NCBI RefSeq assembly: GCF_009914755.1
Contig: NC_060929.1
Source: the human T2T-CHM13v2.0 reference genome, Homo sapiens
Direction: 5' to 3' (one strand)
Length of the DNA stretch: 64,000 nt
Position 1 is the first letter of the stretch; every line of letters starts with the position of its first letter. The notes under the pieces were generated by a model. It saw only the letters and a program-made list of their open reading frames with translations. It was not told where the DNA came from and did no database searches. Below, in pieces: positions 39,695 to 54,605 of the stretch. The position numbers were made by a program, and so were the translations under genes.

Positions 39695-40044
39695 CTGTCC
39701 CCACCCAAAGCTCATCTGGAATTGTAGCTCCCACAATTCCCACATGTTGTGGGAGGGACCCGGTGGGAGGTAATTGAATCATGGGGCGTGTCTTTTCTGT
39801 GCTGTTCTCGTGATAGTGAATAAGTCTCATGAGATCTGATGGTTTTATAAGGGGGAGTTTTCCTGCACAAGATCTCTCTTTGCCTTCTGCCAGCAGCGTA
39901 AGATGTAACTTGCTCCTCACCTTCCACCGTGATTGTGAGGCCTCCCCAGCCATGTGGAACTGTGAGTCCATTAAACCTCTTTCCTGCATAAATTACCCAG
40001 TCTTGGGTATGTCTTTCTTAGCAGCGTGAAAACGGACTAATACA
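39695..40044 (+). mobile_element. THE1 (B/C/D-like) MaLR solo LTR interrupting a MIR
   Basis: TGTCCCCACCCAAAGCTCATC...GAGGCCTCCCCAGCCATGTGGAACTGTGAGTCCATTAAACC...AAACGGACTAATACA; MIR halves at ~39630-39695 and ~40080-40240. Confidence 0.92.
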
Positions 40045-40539
40045 CCTGGCACTGACAGGAAAAAAAAAGGTTAAGACAGTTGTGAACCCTTGAGCAGGTC
40101 ACTAAACTCCTCTGTGGCTCAGTTTCTTCATCCGGAAAAAGGAAATTATAATGCTGAACGTGTAGGATTATCATTAAGTGTTAGGGTAATCAACTTGCTT
40201 GGAGCGTATCTCATAGTCAGTGCTTAAAATGGTAGTTTTTGTTACTGACATGGAAATGATTGATAAAACAAAGGCCTCAGGGCTTATAAGGAGCAGTGAT
40301 TATTTTATTGGTGAACAGGATGTTCTATTCCTGTTGGACCAACTGATAACAGTCACTTCATGAAGAAAAAAGGATTTCGAGTGGGATAGAACACTAGAGT
40401 TTTCTTTGGTGGTTTTGTCTGGTGGGATCTATTTAATTGCATTCTGCTTAGAACCAACTAATTGTTGAACAATTCAGCTGATCACACACTAGCTAAGAAG
40501 GCCATGTGTGAAAAATATCTAGAGAGGTCCTAGCTATTT

Positions 40540-41250
40540 GGGAGCAAGTCCATCATAAGCCAATATGTGACCCGGCTGCTGATACAGATGAGCCGCTCTT
40601 GGAGTGCATTAACAGAAGTAGCAAGCCTAGAATAAGGGAGGAGATGGTCCTTCTGCATTCTCTTCTGGCTGGGATACACTTGGAAATATGGGTTCAGTTC
40701 TCTAAGAATCTCATTGTCAAACCTGAGTGTGTTCTGAAGAATGTGAGTAAGAGAGGAAGGAGCTGAAGACCTTGCCATATGGAGAACAAGGAAAAGGATG
40801 AGAGAGGCTTTTCCCCTGGAGGTAAGAATGTTCACGGTGATCAATGACTTTAAACTTCTGAAGGGCTGCCATAGGGAAGGAGGAGATGATGGAACACACT
40901 GTGGGTGAGTGGAGGTGGGGTCAGAGTCTATCAAGCTTGCCCAACCTGCCTTATTTTTATTGTTGTTCTGTTTTGTTTTGTTTTAGACTTTTAGCAGCCT
41001 GAAAGCCATGGTTTTTAGTTTCTGTCTCTAGTGATAAGTGAAAAAGAGGGATGAGGGAGGGGTTTTGGTGGCCTAACCAGAATCAGAAACTAAGAACCCA
41101 TAATTGTATTTTCTCCCTTGGACACCCCTGGAGGTCTTTTGGACAAAGTTACAAGGAGGAATATTCAATTCGGGAAGATGCTGAATTGGGCCACCTTGTG
41201 AGGCAGTAAATCTCCTGGCAGCTGAGATATTCAACCAGAGGCTAGCCAAA
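40540..41250 (+). mobile_element. CR1/L3 fragment interrupted by MER30B
   Basis: GCATTAACAGAAGTA...TGGAAATATGGGTTCAGTTCT...GAAGGGCTGCCATAGGGAAG; resumes after 41130. Confidence 0.65.
40932..41130 (-). mobile_element. MER30B-like hAT element
   Basis: Termini CAAGCTTGCCCAA ... TTGGACACCCCTG (MER30 TIRs); internal CTAGTGATAAG...AGAAACTAAGAACCCA. Confidence 0.8.
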
Positions 41251-42451
41251 GTAAAGCAGTATGTGGTGTGGAGGTTGTGGGAACAGGATTTGATGTTAAA
41301 TCTGGGTTTAAATACTGGCTGTGCTGTGTGGGCAAGAAGTAAACATCTCTGGATGTACTTGCCTTAGCGGTGAAATGGAGACAGAGCTTACACTACTGGA
41401 TTGTGAGGGTTAAATGAGATAATATACGTAAAATCCTTAACAGTTGCTCTTAGTATTATTTTGGTTACTTATCAAGGATAAACTCACCAGGGTTTCCTTC
41501 CCACTCTACATTTCGGGGATGCTATGAATGAAACAGGCCACTGCATTTCTCCTTGATTGTTCTTTGTTCTCCACTTCAAACCAATTGCCGTTTCATTGCA
41601 TTTTGTTAATAATATAATTCTAGAGAAAGCTGGCCTGCCATGACTGTTTTTTAGTGTTTCTTCCTCATTAATTTAGATCTTCTCCAGCTGATGAACATTT
41701 TTGCTTAGTAGAAGTTCATTAATTCTCCCCTCCCCGACTCATTCCAGCAATGCAATTTAAACAGCATTAATCCGGTATTTAGTGAGAAAATGGAGTTTTA
41801 TACTAAGAAACATTCAGTTTGAGACAATCTTTTTTTCTTCTTAAACAACTTTTTTTGAAATCCTAATTTAATGACGAATTATCATCATTTGTGTTGGAAG
41901 AAGGTTTAAGAAGAGAGAGAATAATGGATGAGGGTTATGAAATTTTAGAGCCAGACGAACTCTCATCTGGCCTCTTGTTTTATACATGAGGACATGGGTC
42001 CCAGAAAGGTTGACTTATGGGCTCCAGGCCACTGAAGAGTGAATGGCAGAGCTGGGTTGTGAACCTCTTCTTGCCGTCCAAGCTACCTTCTGTCTGCTGG
42101 GGGGTGGCAGGCTTGGGTCATGTTCTCCCACTGTCTAGTTTGAGCTTGGCAAGTTTTTCAGCTGCAGTGAAGCTCAATTTTTTGATCTGTAAACTGCCCA
42201 TGTAGTGATAGTTCCTCCCTTGTCAGTATTAGGGGTAGGTTAATGTAAGTAAAGCAATTACAAAATTGCTGGCACCTGGTAGGCATAGCGAGACTGTCGA
42301 ATGAAGAGACAATAATTTAAGGTCATTACTGTTTATAGTTATAATTTACCTGAGTGCTTCTCATATGCTGGGCCTTTGCTGAGCTCTTCCAAACCACCCT
42401 TTGGATAATGGTTTGAAAGGGCTCTGGCTAGGATATCCACCCTATGAGGTA

Positions 42452-42531
42452 TTAGAATGGTGCAAAAGTAACTGCTGTTTCTTCCATTACTTTCAATGGC
42501 AAAGGGCACAATTACTTTTGCACCAACTTAA
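42452..42531. mobile_element. MADE1 (Hsmar1-derived MITE), 80-bp palindrome
   Basis: TTAGAATGGTGCAAAAGTAA...TTACTTTTGCACCAACTTAA flanked by TA on both sides. Confidence 0.92.
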
Positions 42532-42847
42532 TAGAAAGTCTAACAAGTTTCTACTGTTATGAGAACTCTGGAACTTTTATTTCCCCATTCCTGTCTTGTT
42601 TGTTGCCCCCCAAACCTCAACCATTTCCTACAGGAATTAACAATGAAACCCTTAAAATGGAAAGTTCTCAGGGAACTGTTTTAGAACAGTGGAGTAGGCA
42701 GTTCCTGGGGAGATGCCTGTTATTCCACAGTGAGGGGTGAAGATAACTCACAGTATGGGGTGGGACTCGGCAGCTGTGAGAAGCCAGGGGAAGCGGGTGA
42801 ATCACTGTGGGTACAGGAGGAGGAGTTTGACTAATCATACCTTATAC

Positions 42848-43071
42848 CAGTGGTTCTCCACTGGAGACAGTTTTGTCCCCCAGGAGACATTTGACAATGT
42901 CTGAAGACATTTTTGGTTGTCATGGGGGATGGGTGATAGGTGAGTGTGATATTGCTGTCTGGTGGGTAGAGACCAGGGATACTGCCACACTCCCTAAAAT
43001 GCACAGACCAGCCCCCAACAACAAAGAACTGTGGCCCAAAATGTCAACAGTGCTGAGGTTGAGATACCCTG
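42848..43071 (+). mobile_element. MER20
   Basis: CAGTGGTTCTC...GACATTTTTGGTTGTCA...CCCAAAATGTCAACAGTGCTGAGGTTGAGATACCCTG. Confidence 0.92.
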
Positions 43072-43299
43072 CCTTACACACATCCTATGATTTGGTCTTT
43101 ATGAAAAAGTATGAAGTATGAGGAAGGGAGCCGGTATTTAATAAGGGTAATAGGATCTCTTCTGTGCCAGGCATTACATTGGGCTGGAGTTGGGAAGACA
43201 GATTTTAACTGCCTGATAACTTGATCAGTGGGTAGGAGCCTCTTGGATCACTCTATTGACAAGGATTCTGACGCACAGCAGGAAAGAAGGCTGCAATCA

Positions 43300-43490
43300 A
43301 TGGACTCCAGTGCTGGCACTTTTCAGCTGTGTAACCTTGAGCAGTTACTTAACCTTTCTGTGCCTCAGTTTTCATGTCTGTAAAATGCTGATGATAGGAG
43401 TATCTACCTTATTGAGTTGCCATGAGGATCAAATTAATTAATAATTTAAAGAGCTTTTTGAACTATGCCTGCCGTGCAGTTAGTTATCTT
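43300..43490 (+). mobile_element. MIR
   Basis: GCTGTGTAACCTTGAGCAGTTACTTAACCTTTCTGTGCCTCAGTTTTCATGTCTGTAAAATG. Confidence 0.85.
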
Positions 43491-43928
43491 CATCCTCATT
43501 ATCAGGAACAAAACAATCTTGCTGCGTATTTACCATCCTTGTTTTGTCAAATTATACACAAAGTCTCATATAAGTAGATATATTAGATATGTATAATTTA
43601 ACATGTGTAATTTGCCCCATTTTTAGGATGAGGAAATTTTGTTTAAAATTGGGTAAGAGGACAGAGAACTGATCGAGAATGTTAAACTAGTGGGTGAGCT
43701 TTTATAGAGAGTGTTGTCCTAGTTCATGAAGTATTTCTTCAACCAGCTTTATCCCTTGCCTAACCCTGAAATGTGTATATCGACCCTTGGGGGCTGGTCT
43801 TCATTGCAAATTTGTATTGTTCAGTTTTTTCTTGAGCTGTGTTCTTGTTAGGCAATAAAGATTGCTTTGGCACTTTCTAATATGACCTGCCCATGGGACT
43901 TTCAGAAAAAGATAGGTGTGGAGTCAGA

Positions 43929-44270
43929 CCAGGGGCTTACATACAGGCAATCCCCATATGGTAAGTTTTGTTTGTCTCTCACAATTTTTTGAAGTTTGAA
44001 TTTGTGGCCAATGTTTATAAATCAAAACATAGCACATAAAAATGTAAGGTTCCAGTATTTCTGAAAATGAGAATATCTGGTTACATTGGACCCACATTAA
44101 AACATGGCAAAAATTGGCTGGGGTAGCCACTCTCCTCCCTTCAGATGCTGAACTTGCTAGTTTGCCCCACTCCCCACCCTGCCTCATTGCATTCTCAGTA
44201 CTGAGGCTGAGCGGTAGCTGCCGTCTGTTCACTCACACTTGGCCTGCTTCACTTGTTCCTATTTCCTGTC
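43929..44270. mobile_element. MER102-like hAT element
   Basis: ATATCTGGTTACATTGGACCCACATT...CATGGCAAAAATTGGCTGGGG; a related inverted copy lies at ~54960-55252. Confidence 0.5.
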
Positions 44271-46270
44271 TGCCCTGCAAGCACCAAGGGTTTGCAACTG
44301 CTTGCACAGAGCTGATTATGCTATCTCGTTACATTCAAAGCGCTTTCACACATGCTGACCTTCTGCTACCTGTGAAGAAGTCAGGGCAGGGATTATTGTG
44401 TCCACTTTCTAGATGTGAAAGTAGAGACTCAAAATTAAGCAATTTGCCCAGGATCCCACAGCAATTTTAATGCTGAGTTAGGATTAGAGTAGCTTGACGG
44501 CTCCTGAAGCTTTGGAATTGGTTTGTAACAGACTGTAAGAACTTGGAAACACGGTTTTATTCCAGGGTCCTCTAGTCTCACAGTTGTAAAAAGGAAGACT
44601 GTAGTTTCAAGACTTTGTGGATTTCTAAAATTTCTAAAAAATTGAGAGAACCCGACACATGTTGTCAACTTTGTTGTCAATTTTCATTTTGCCAGGTAAG
44701 AATATTAAATTCAAGATAGAAAGCTAATCATCACTATAATTTTATAAAATAAAGGATATGTTATAACTATAAAAGAAGGAAAAACTTAATCTCAGAATAA
44801 AGGATGGCCTATCTCAGGAAAAGTGTGCATACATTTGTATGCGTACATAGAAATATTATTAAACATTTCCTTTATTTTTTTTATGTCAACTTGGCACATC
44901 CAGGAAGTAGTACTTGGGGAATCACAGGATTGGGAAATCTTTAAGATTATTTTCAGCGTACTCATTCTAGATATTTTTGTTTGTTTTTGTTTCAATGTAA
45001 CAGTTTTGTGACCCAGTCTCCAAACAAATCAGAATGCTGACAGGTGTCATGTAGGTCATTTGGGCACATGCCTTTCTGGTCTCCATTCTGCTCCTGCTTC
45101 CAGATCACCTGGCTTGGATAAGAGAAAACCAAATTACCTAGTCTTTGTGAAAAAATTATTTAGGCATTGGGAGTTAATTCCTGGCTCCAAGTGGAGCCTC
45201 CACCAAGTAAATCCATGCCAATGGCTCTCCACATAGGTGATGCCAAAGAAGCTGGATATATGGGGCCTGCGTTATCTCAGAAAGCACCAACTCTCTGAAA
45301 ACTCTCTTGGAGAAATGGAGAAAGATAGAATGCAAACTAGAGGTCGGGAGATAAGTGGTTGAGTTCCAATTTTTCTAGGATTTTTTGTGTAACCTTGGAC
45401 AAGCTATCTCCCCTCTCTGTGCCTGAATTTCCTTCTCTCTAATGCAAAGAGAGTAGATTAGATGATATTTAAGTTCCCTCCTACTTCTGACATGCTCCAG
45501 TTCAACCTAATTCAATTCACAAAATCAAAATATAAGCAGGGAAGGCCCTGAAAGGTCATCTAGTAGGAGCACCTTTTTGTCGCCTGCTCTATTCAATTAA
45601 ATGCAAATGAAAGGTACCCAGCCATAAGCTTCAAGGAACACCAGACTGTCCCTTTCATCCGTGAGAGCGGTGCTGTGATCTGAGAGAGGCAGGGCAGCTG
45701 AGCCGTGGAATAACCTGACTGCAGTTTTGCTGGGGTAGGAAATGGCCTCATTGTTTCATCTGAGTCCAACTTTGATCCTGGGCCTAGTGGCTCTCACAAT
45801 AAGGGAGAGCCTTTTGCTATTGTATTTTTTATGACTCCAGTCCATCTTTCTATTTTCAGCTAGGAGCAAATTATGACAACCCCTGTGGGTGTATTTCCCT
45901 GCTAAAATTTTTCCTTTGGAATGTCTAGGGATAAGGGGTGCAAAGAGGGGTGTATGGACTCACAGGTTCTTAGCCTGTTAGGGGTGGGGACACACACAGA
46001 ACCGATGCAGTTTGAAGCTTGACTCCTTCCAGGTGCTTTCCTATCCAATGTTGTTGTAGCCTGTGTTTGCATACTTACTGTGATGGGGCCCTCCACTACC
46101 TAAAGGAAGCACTTATACTTTGGCCTCTGTTGAGTGATGGTCTTTTTACTGAGTTGAAATCTCTTTCCTCTGCTTTTTACTCATTGTTTCTGGCCCTGCC
46201 CTCTGCAGCCGCTCAGAAGAATTTTGTTTCCTTCTCACTTGTTAAGTCAGCCCTGCATCTTTTCTCTTAG

Positions 46271-46607
<337 letters not shown>

Positions 46608-46669
46608 AGCCATTTCTCTTATAATTTCCAGACCTCTCACCATCTAGATTATTATCCTTGGGCTTCATC

Positions 46670-47440
46670 CTAACTTATTCATTCATTTACTTATTCAACA
46701 AATATTTATATAGTACCTACCATGTGCCAGGCTTTGTGCTGCATACTGGTGATGGGGTGTTAAGCAAGACCTGATTCCTGGCCTCTGAGTACTATGGAGA
46801 AAACATTCATTGAGTAAATAATTCTGAAGCCCCACTTGGTGAGTTTGAACTCCAGCCCCACCATTTACCTTTTGGAGCTGTTCGGTAAGTTGTTTGACTT
46901 TTGTGGCCCAGAGTTCCCCTATCTGCTGAGTGGGGGAGGGGGGAGTAATAATAGCTACTTCATTAGGGTTGTTATTAGGAGTTAAAAATGAAAAGTACCT
47001 AGAACCAAAGTTGGCATGTCATAAACCCTGAGAAAATGTTAGCTGCTGTTACTACTACAGTACTACAACGACTACTACAATGGCAGAGAAAAAGATGCTC
47101 AGGTGCATGGACTGTGGAGTTGTGGAAGCATGGAATTCTCCTCTAAGGAAGTAGCATTTAAGCTGAGACTTGTAGGGTGAACAGGAGTTGGCTCAGTGAA
47201 GAGAGAGAGGAGAGTGGTGAGCAGTCCAAGCAGAGGAAACAGCATGTGCAAAGGTCCTGAGGAAGGGAAGGTACTTGGCATGTGGTAGGAACAAAAGAAA
47301 GCCAGTACGGGTAGAGCTTAGTGAGGCAATGAGCAGCAGGAGACATACACCAGAGTGGTGAATGGGGCTGCATGCTACAGGATCTCACAGGTCATTTGAA
47401 GACTTTGGGTTCTGTAAGAGCAATGGCCAGATGCTAAGAG
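46670..47440 (-). mobile_element. L2 (antisense) with an inserted MIR (+, ~46830-47050)
   Basis: TTATTCAACAAATATTTATATAGTACCTACCATGTGCCAGGC; GAGGAAACAGCATGTGCAAAGGTCCTGAGG. Confidence 0.75.
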
Positions 47441-47441
47441 G

Positions 47442-48366
<925 letters not shown>

Positions 48367-49269
48367 AAGGCTTTAAGTTGTGGAGAAGCAAGGCAAAGGT
48401 TTGCCTTTTGTGATCACTCTGGCTATTCCATAGGTTCTGAATACATGAAATTCTTTGGGATCATCATCTCCTTTAATTTGTACCCTTTACTCTTATTGAC
48501 ACAACCAAGGATCACATTTGCTCTTTAGGTGGTTTTATAGAACCAGTGGCTCATATCCAGGGTCTCATTCCATAAGGCCTTGCCTTGACTTACTGGTCTT
48601 CAAACTCCCTAAAGAATTACACAATAGAAGCTTAAAGTATTATCCCACACAGATGAATGAAAATCCTAAGGCTGGAAATCTTTAGATTATAAGAGCACAA
48701 ACTTCAATAGCGTGGTTTTAGGCATTGTAACAGGTGGTGGAGTGGCAGCTTTGGGCAGGGGGACCTACAAATAGCCATGAAATCCCAAGGCTGTCCTAGC
48801 CCTCTACCCCCCCGGCACAGACACCCTATGATTATATGCCATTTTGGGGTACAGTGAGACCTTTTAATCAATACTTGGGTAGAGAGACAATCCTTTTTGA
48901 GGCACATATCGTAACTCCTTCCCAAGAAGCTGAAGCCTTACTCTGAGTATCTCTTTCTCTTTTTCATTCGTGACACTGAAATAACAGGGCAAGAGTAGGG
49001 TGGATTGTGGATAACCTGCTGACATCAGTGATAGATCAAATAATTGATTTTCTTCTAAATCCGGATTATGCTGCTGTAGCTCCCAGGAACTATTTATAGT
49101 GCCCGTCAGTCTTATTCTGTTGTGAGCATTGGTTGAGGTGTATATATATACACACACACACACGCATGTGCACACACACGGAAGATTTGAACACATACAC
49201 ACAACTTCAATAGCAATATGCTCAGACCCTCAACTCACAATGTCTCAAGTTTATGTACAGATCCACACA

Positions 49270-50130
49270 TTTACTTTTAAAAACTGAGGTATAATTGACA
49301 AATAGAAGTTGTATATATTTAAGCATACTATGCAGTGTTTTGATATATGTATACATTGTGAAAAGGTCACCAAAATTGAGCTAATTTATATATTTATGAC
49401 CTTGCATGGTCATGATTACTTTTTGCATGGTGAGAACATTTAAGATCTATCCCCTTAGCACATTTCAAGTATATAGTACAGTACTGTTAACTACAGTGAC
49501 ATTGCTGGATGTTAGGTCTCCAGAACTCATATATAATAACTTAATTTATATAACTGAAGCTTTGTATCCTTTGACCAACATCTCCCCATTTCTCCCTCCC
49601 TTCAGCCCCTGGCAACTACGGTTCTACTCTGTGCTTCTATGAGTTTCAGTATTTTAGATTTCACATATAAGTGAGATCATGCAGTATTAGTCTTTCTGTG
49701 TGTCTGGCTTATTTCACTTTGCATAACGTCCTCCAGGTTTATCCGTGTTGTTGTAAGTGGCAGGATTTCCTTTTTTTTAAGGCTGAGTAATATTCCATTG
49801 CCTATGTACATATACCACAATTTCTTTATCCATTTATCTGTGGATAGACATTTAGGTTTTCATATCTTGGCTATTGTGAATAATGTGGTGTTGAACAAGG
49901 GAGTGCAAATATCTTTTTAAGATCCTGATTTTATTTCCTTTGGATACATACCCAGAGATTGGATTGCTAGATCATATTGATAGTTCTACTTTTTTTTTTT
50001 TGAGAAAGCTCCATACAGGTTCCCATAACGGCTGTTCAATTTATGTTCCCACCAACTGTATAAAGAGTTCCCTTTTCTCTACATCCTCACCAGCTTGTCT
50101 CTTTTTTTAATGATAGCTATTCTAACAGGT
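49270..50130 (-). mobile_element. L1MA-type 3' end
   Basis: TTTAAGATCTATCCCCTTAGCACATTTCAAGTATA...CACATATAAGTGAGATCATGCAGTATT...CTATTCTAACAGGTG. Confidence 0.88.
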
Positions 50131-50244
50131 GGTCTTACACCATTTTAACACACCCTGTTACAGACCTTCAGATCTGAAGAGGCCACGTGGCCATCCTGAG
50201 CTTTCTCTTCATTCCTGGTTAACTGTTTTTCAGTCTCTGGGATC

Positions 50245-50402
50245 TTGCTGCTGAAAGAGATGCTGGTGGACCAGCCACAACATCACCGAGGCTGCTGGAT
50301 ATGCAAAATCTTGGGTCCCACCCTAGAACTCCTGAGTCAGAATCTGCCTTTTAACAAGATCCCAGGTGATTTGTATGCATGTTATAGTCTGAGGAGCCAT
50401 GG
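50245..50402. mobile_element. MER5A-like
   Basis: ATGCAAAATCTTGGGTCCCACCCTAGAACTCCTGAGTCAGAATCTGCCTTTTAACAAGATCCCAGGTGATT. Confidence 0.75.
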
Positions 50403-51321
50403 GCTAAAATATTTGCCTCCCTTGGCAAACATAGCAGTGGCTCCAACCAGAGCAGCTCTATTTTTATGCTTGATATTAATGGTTTCTACAGAGGATTTTA
50501 CTGGAAGAAAGGGCTCCCCTGCTAGGACGATGTATGAAAGCTGCTGCACCACACTGTGCTGGCTTTCAGGCTTGGAGGATGTTTCCTCTCAGAACCTCTT
50601 GTGTGGCCACATTTTTCCATTTGGACACTTCTCATATACTCACCCCATTTCCTAGAATGTTGTCTCCCACATCCCCCGACGTTGCCAGACTAAATCCCAT
50701 ACAACTTTTAGAGGTCTCAGCTTTTAATTGATTCCTCTTGTAGGCTGCAAATGCACAGTGAATGTCTCTTTGTAAACACTGAGCATACTTGGAGTTTTAT
50801 GCTTAATATCTACCTTCTCCAAGAAATTATGAACTCCATAAGGTATTGTTATTTGGTGCTTAATAGACATGCAATAAATAGGCATTGAAAGAATGAAGGA
50901 CATAGGAAGGTTGCTCAAGGAGGACTACGAGTAAAGGTTGTTCATTCACTCATGCAGAAAGCATTTCTTGAACACCTACTCTGTGTCAGGCAGGGTATTG
51001 AGTCTTGGGGGCACACATAGCTCAGGCCTGGGTCCTTACTGCAGTTGCTCTTAGTATAGCAGGTGGAGATGGACATAAACACTGAGGCACAGGCAGGTGG
51101 GAGCCAATATCAGTTCCCATGAGACACAAAAGAAGGGGTGATTGTACCTCATTTCTGAGATAATTTGTTAATATCTCAGCCAGGGCTCTGGGATCTTCTG
51201 TTTCTCTCTGTGTGAGGAATTAGCTGTTTCAAGGAGCTTTCTCAAAAGGAACCCTTGGCTCAGAGGGCATTATGAATCTTGATTTTGATTTTTTCTTATT
51301 TTTTATGAGTAAGTTTCTTAG

Positions 51322-51642
<321 letters not shown>

Positions 51643-51879
51643 TACAGATACTGATTTTTAAAGAATAAATCTTCAGACTTTAACTTCTCTTTTTAACAAT
51701 GATCCTCTATTTCAGTTTGTTGGGGGTGATTCCTTATTTTTCATTTTTTTTTTCCAAAGGTCAAATGAAGAATAAACCCAAATATAAGGAAAAAGCAAGG
51801 GCTTAAATAAGGAAAACCTTGGATAGGCAAGGCAGTTTCTTCTCTGCTTCCCTCTTTGTCTCCCTCTGTCCTTCCTGCA

Positions 51880-52535
51880 TTCCCTCCCTCCTTTCTTCCC
51901 TCCTTTGTTAGGTGTTGGGGATTCAGTATAGTCTTTCTCCTCACATGGCTTACCATCTAATGAAGCAAACAGAGGATTAAGCCATCACAGCAAAGTGTGA
52001 AATATACTCAGATGGGAAGGGCCAGTTGCCCTGGGAGCACATAGCAGAGATATGCTTTAGTCTAGAATTGCAAAAGGCTTCCTAGAGGAAGTGATATTGA
52101 GGGATGAGTAAGCTTTAGAAGTGTCAGGCTTCAGGCCAGTAGGGTGGAGGGAGAGAGGGACAGTCAGGGTGGTGGGGACATTCTGGGTAGGGCACAGCAT
52201 GTGCAAAGGCCCAGAAATAAGAGGGGGCACAGCACATTGAGGGAATTGAGAGAAGAGCAGCAGGGGCTGGGACATAGGGAGCTTGCAGAGAAGAGACTGG
52301 GGTAGGAAAGAGGCAGCACCCTCATGGTACAGGATTCTTTAAGCCACTTTTAATAGTTTCAACTTGATCTTGGGGAAATGGGGAGCTAATAAAGGGTTTT
52401 AAGCTCAGAAGTGAGACAATCAGACTTGAGTATTTGTGAGGTCCCTAGTGTGGAGAGCATATTCCTGGGATAAGTCTGAAGGTGGGGAAACTGAAAGGGG
52501 GCTGTTGTAGCTGCTGAGGTAAAAGATAATGGTAT
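51880..52535 (-). mobile_element. L2 fragment
   Basis: GGCTTCCTAGAGGAAGTGATATTGA...CAGCATGTGCAAAGGCCCAGA...GGGTTTTAAGC. Confidence 0.75.
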
Positions 52536-53038
52536 TCTGATAATCCTAGTGAGCTAAGTAGTATGGGTGCTCCTGGGGATTGGGTTTACGAGTGCTAAAG
52601 CCCACCTTGACCCTGACCATCACTCAGGCAGCCCTTGTGCCAGGCCTGTGCTAATTAATAATTTCATTTAATGCTTGTATAATCTTGCCAAGTATGTTTT
52701 GCCTCCACCTGCCAAAAAGAGACAAGGATCTACCTGTTGTCTTTCTCTGGGGGGCCCGGTGACAACCAAAATAAGATCCTGTTTAAGAAAAGGTCTTAAA
52801 AAGTATAAGCTATACTCATAAGAATGATTATGAGCTATATTCATAATTCACTGAGAAGTGAATTAATGATGTAATATAACCCTGGGTCAACCTGGAGGAG
52901 ATCTCAACATGGGCAAATTGGGGGTGGGTTATGTGGGTGAGGATGTCAGAGACCTCAGAATGGCCCTTGACCCCAAACTAGTTTCTCTGTCACCCTGCAG
53001 ATATCTAAAATTCTATCATTAGTTGAAATGCAGGTCCA

Positions 53039-53465
<427 letters not shown>

Positions 53466-54284
53466 TCATTTATTTTCTCCCATTGATCTGCAGTCTTCAT
53501 AAAACCCATAAAAGGTAGATGGAGAGGTCTGGGATGATTATTCTCATTTAACAGATGATAAAACAGAGAAAGTCTCTGAAAAGGAAGTGACTTGCTTGCA
53601 ATAAATGGCAGAGCTAAACTAGGACCTGGAATCTTCCAACTGCAGGCTGCGAGGCTCAGGCCTAAGCCCAGAGTTACCTGAGACTCAAGGTGGGTGAGAG
53701 CAGACAGCAGGGGAAAGAATGAGAGAAAGGAAGGTGCAGGCATCCCTCAGGTGGGGAGTCCATGTGCCTGAACTTTCTGGCGGTCCTTTTAGTTGCAACC
53801 TGCTTGAGGTGATGGTTTCTCCTTGTTTCAACCCAGAAACTTTCCTGTATACTCATTCATCAGGTTCACTTTCTGCTCTGCCAGTTAGGTAGGAAAGCCA
53901 GGAAGCACTTGCTGTAGGCTTTCATTTTACTTGTTTTTCAGATGAGTGAGGAATGAAGATAGATCAGGGAGGCCAGGAGTGGGGAGGCAGAGAACATCAC
54001 TGAGATACTATTAGCAGACTCTCTTCAAGAGGGTTTTAGTTAAATGAGACAAATAATAATGACATTAAAAATCTTCTGTGTCAGGGAAACTCTTTATGGC
54101 TCACAAAACGCTTCTATCTCCATTTAGCTCTTAACCCCTTTCTAGTGCTTTCCTGCTGGATTTGTTGAGGCGACAAAATGAGATAATGATATAAAGTAGT
54201 TAGAAGTACCTAACTATCGTGAGTAACTCATGTCCTCCTCTTCCTTCTTTATGCCATTACACTTGGTACAATATTTAGTGATAA

Positions 54285-54510
54285 CATTAATTATTGCTTC
54301 CATTTATTGAGCACTTACTATGAGCTAAGAACTATGCTGAACCCTTCGCAGGCCTTATTCCATTTAATCTTCATAGCAATTCTCTAAGAAAGGGACTATG
54401 ATTCCTCTCTTGTAGATGAGAATATGAAGGTTCAGAGAAGTACACTTGCTTGCTAAATACACAGTTTGTATGTGGAAGAGCTGGATTTTGAATCCAGGCT
54501 GTCTCCACAC
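54285..54510 (-). mobile_element. MIR
   Basis: CATTTATTGAGCACTTACTATG...CATTTAATCTTCATAGCAA...GTAGATGAGAATATGAAGGTTCAGAGA. Confidence 0.8.
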
Positions 54511-54605
54511 TCCCTGCTAGTAATGGCTCGGCCTCCTCAAATCAGTCTGTGTTCCTTCTATTAGCACCCTTTCCCCCAGAACAGTGACTGTCAGCCTGGG
54601 CTACC

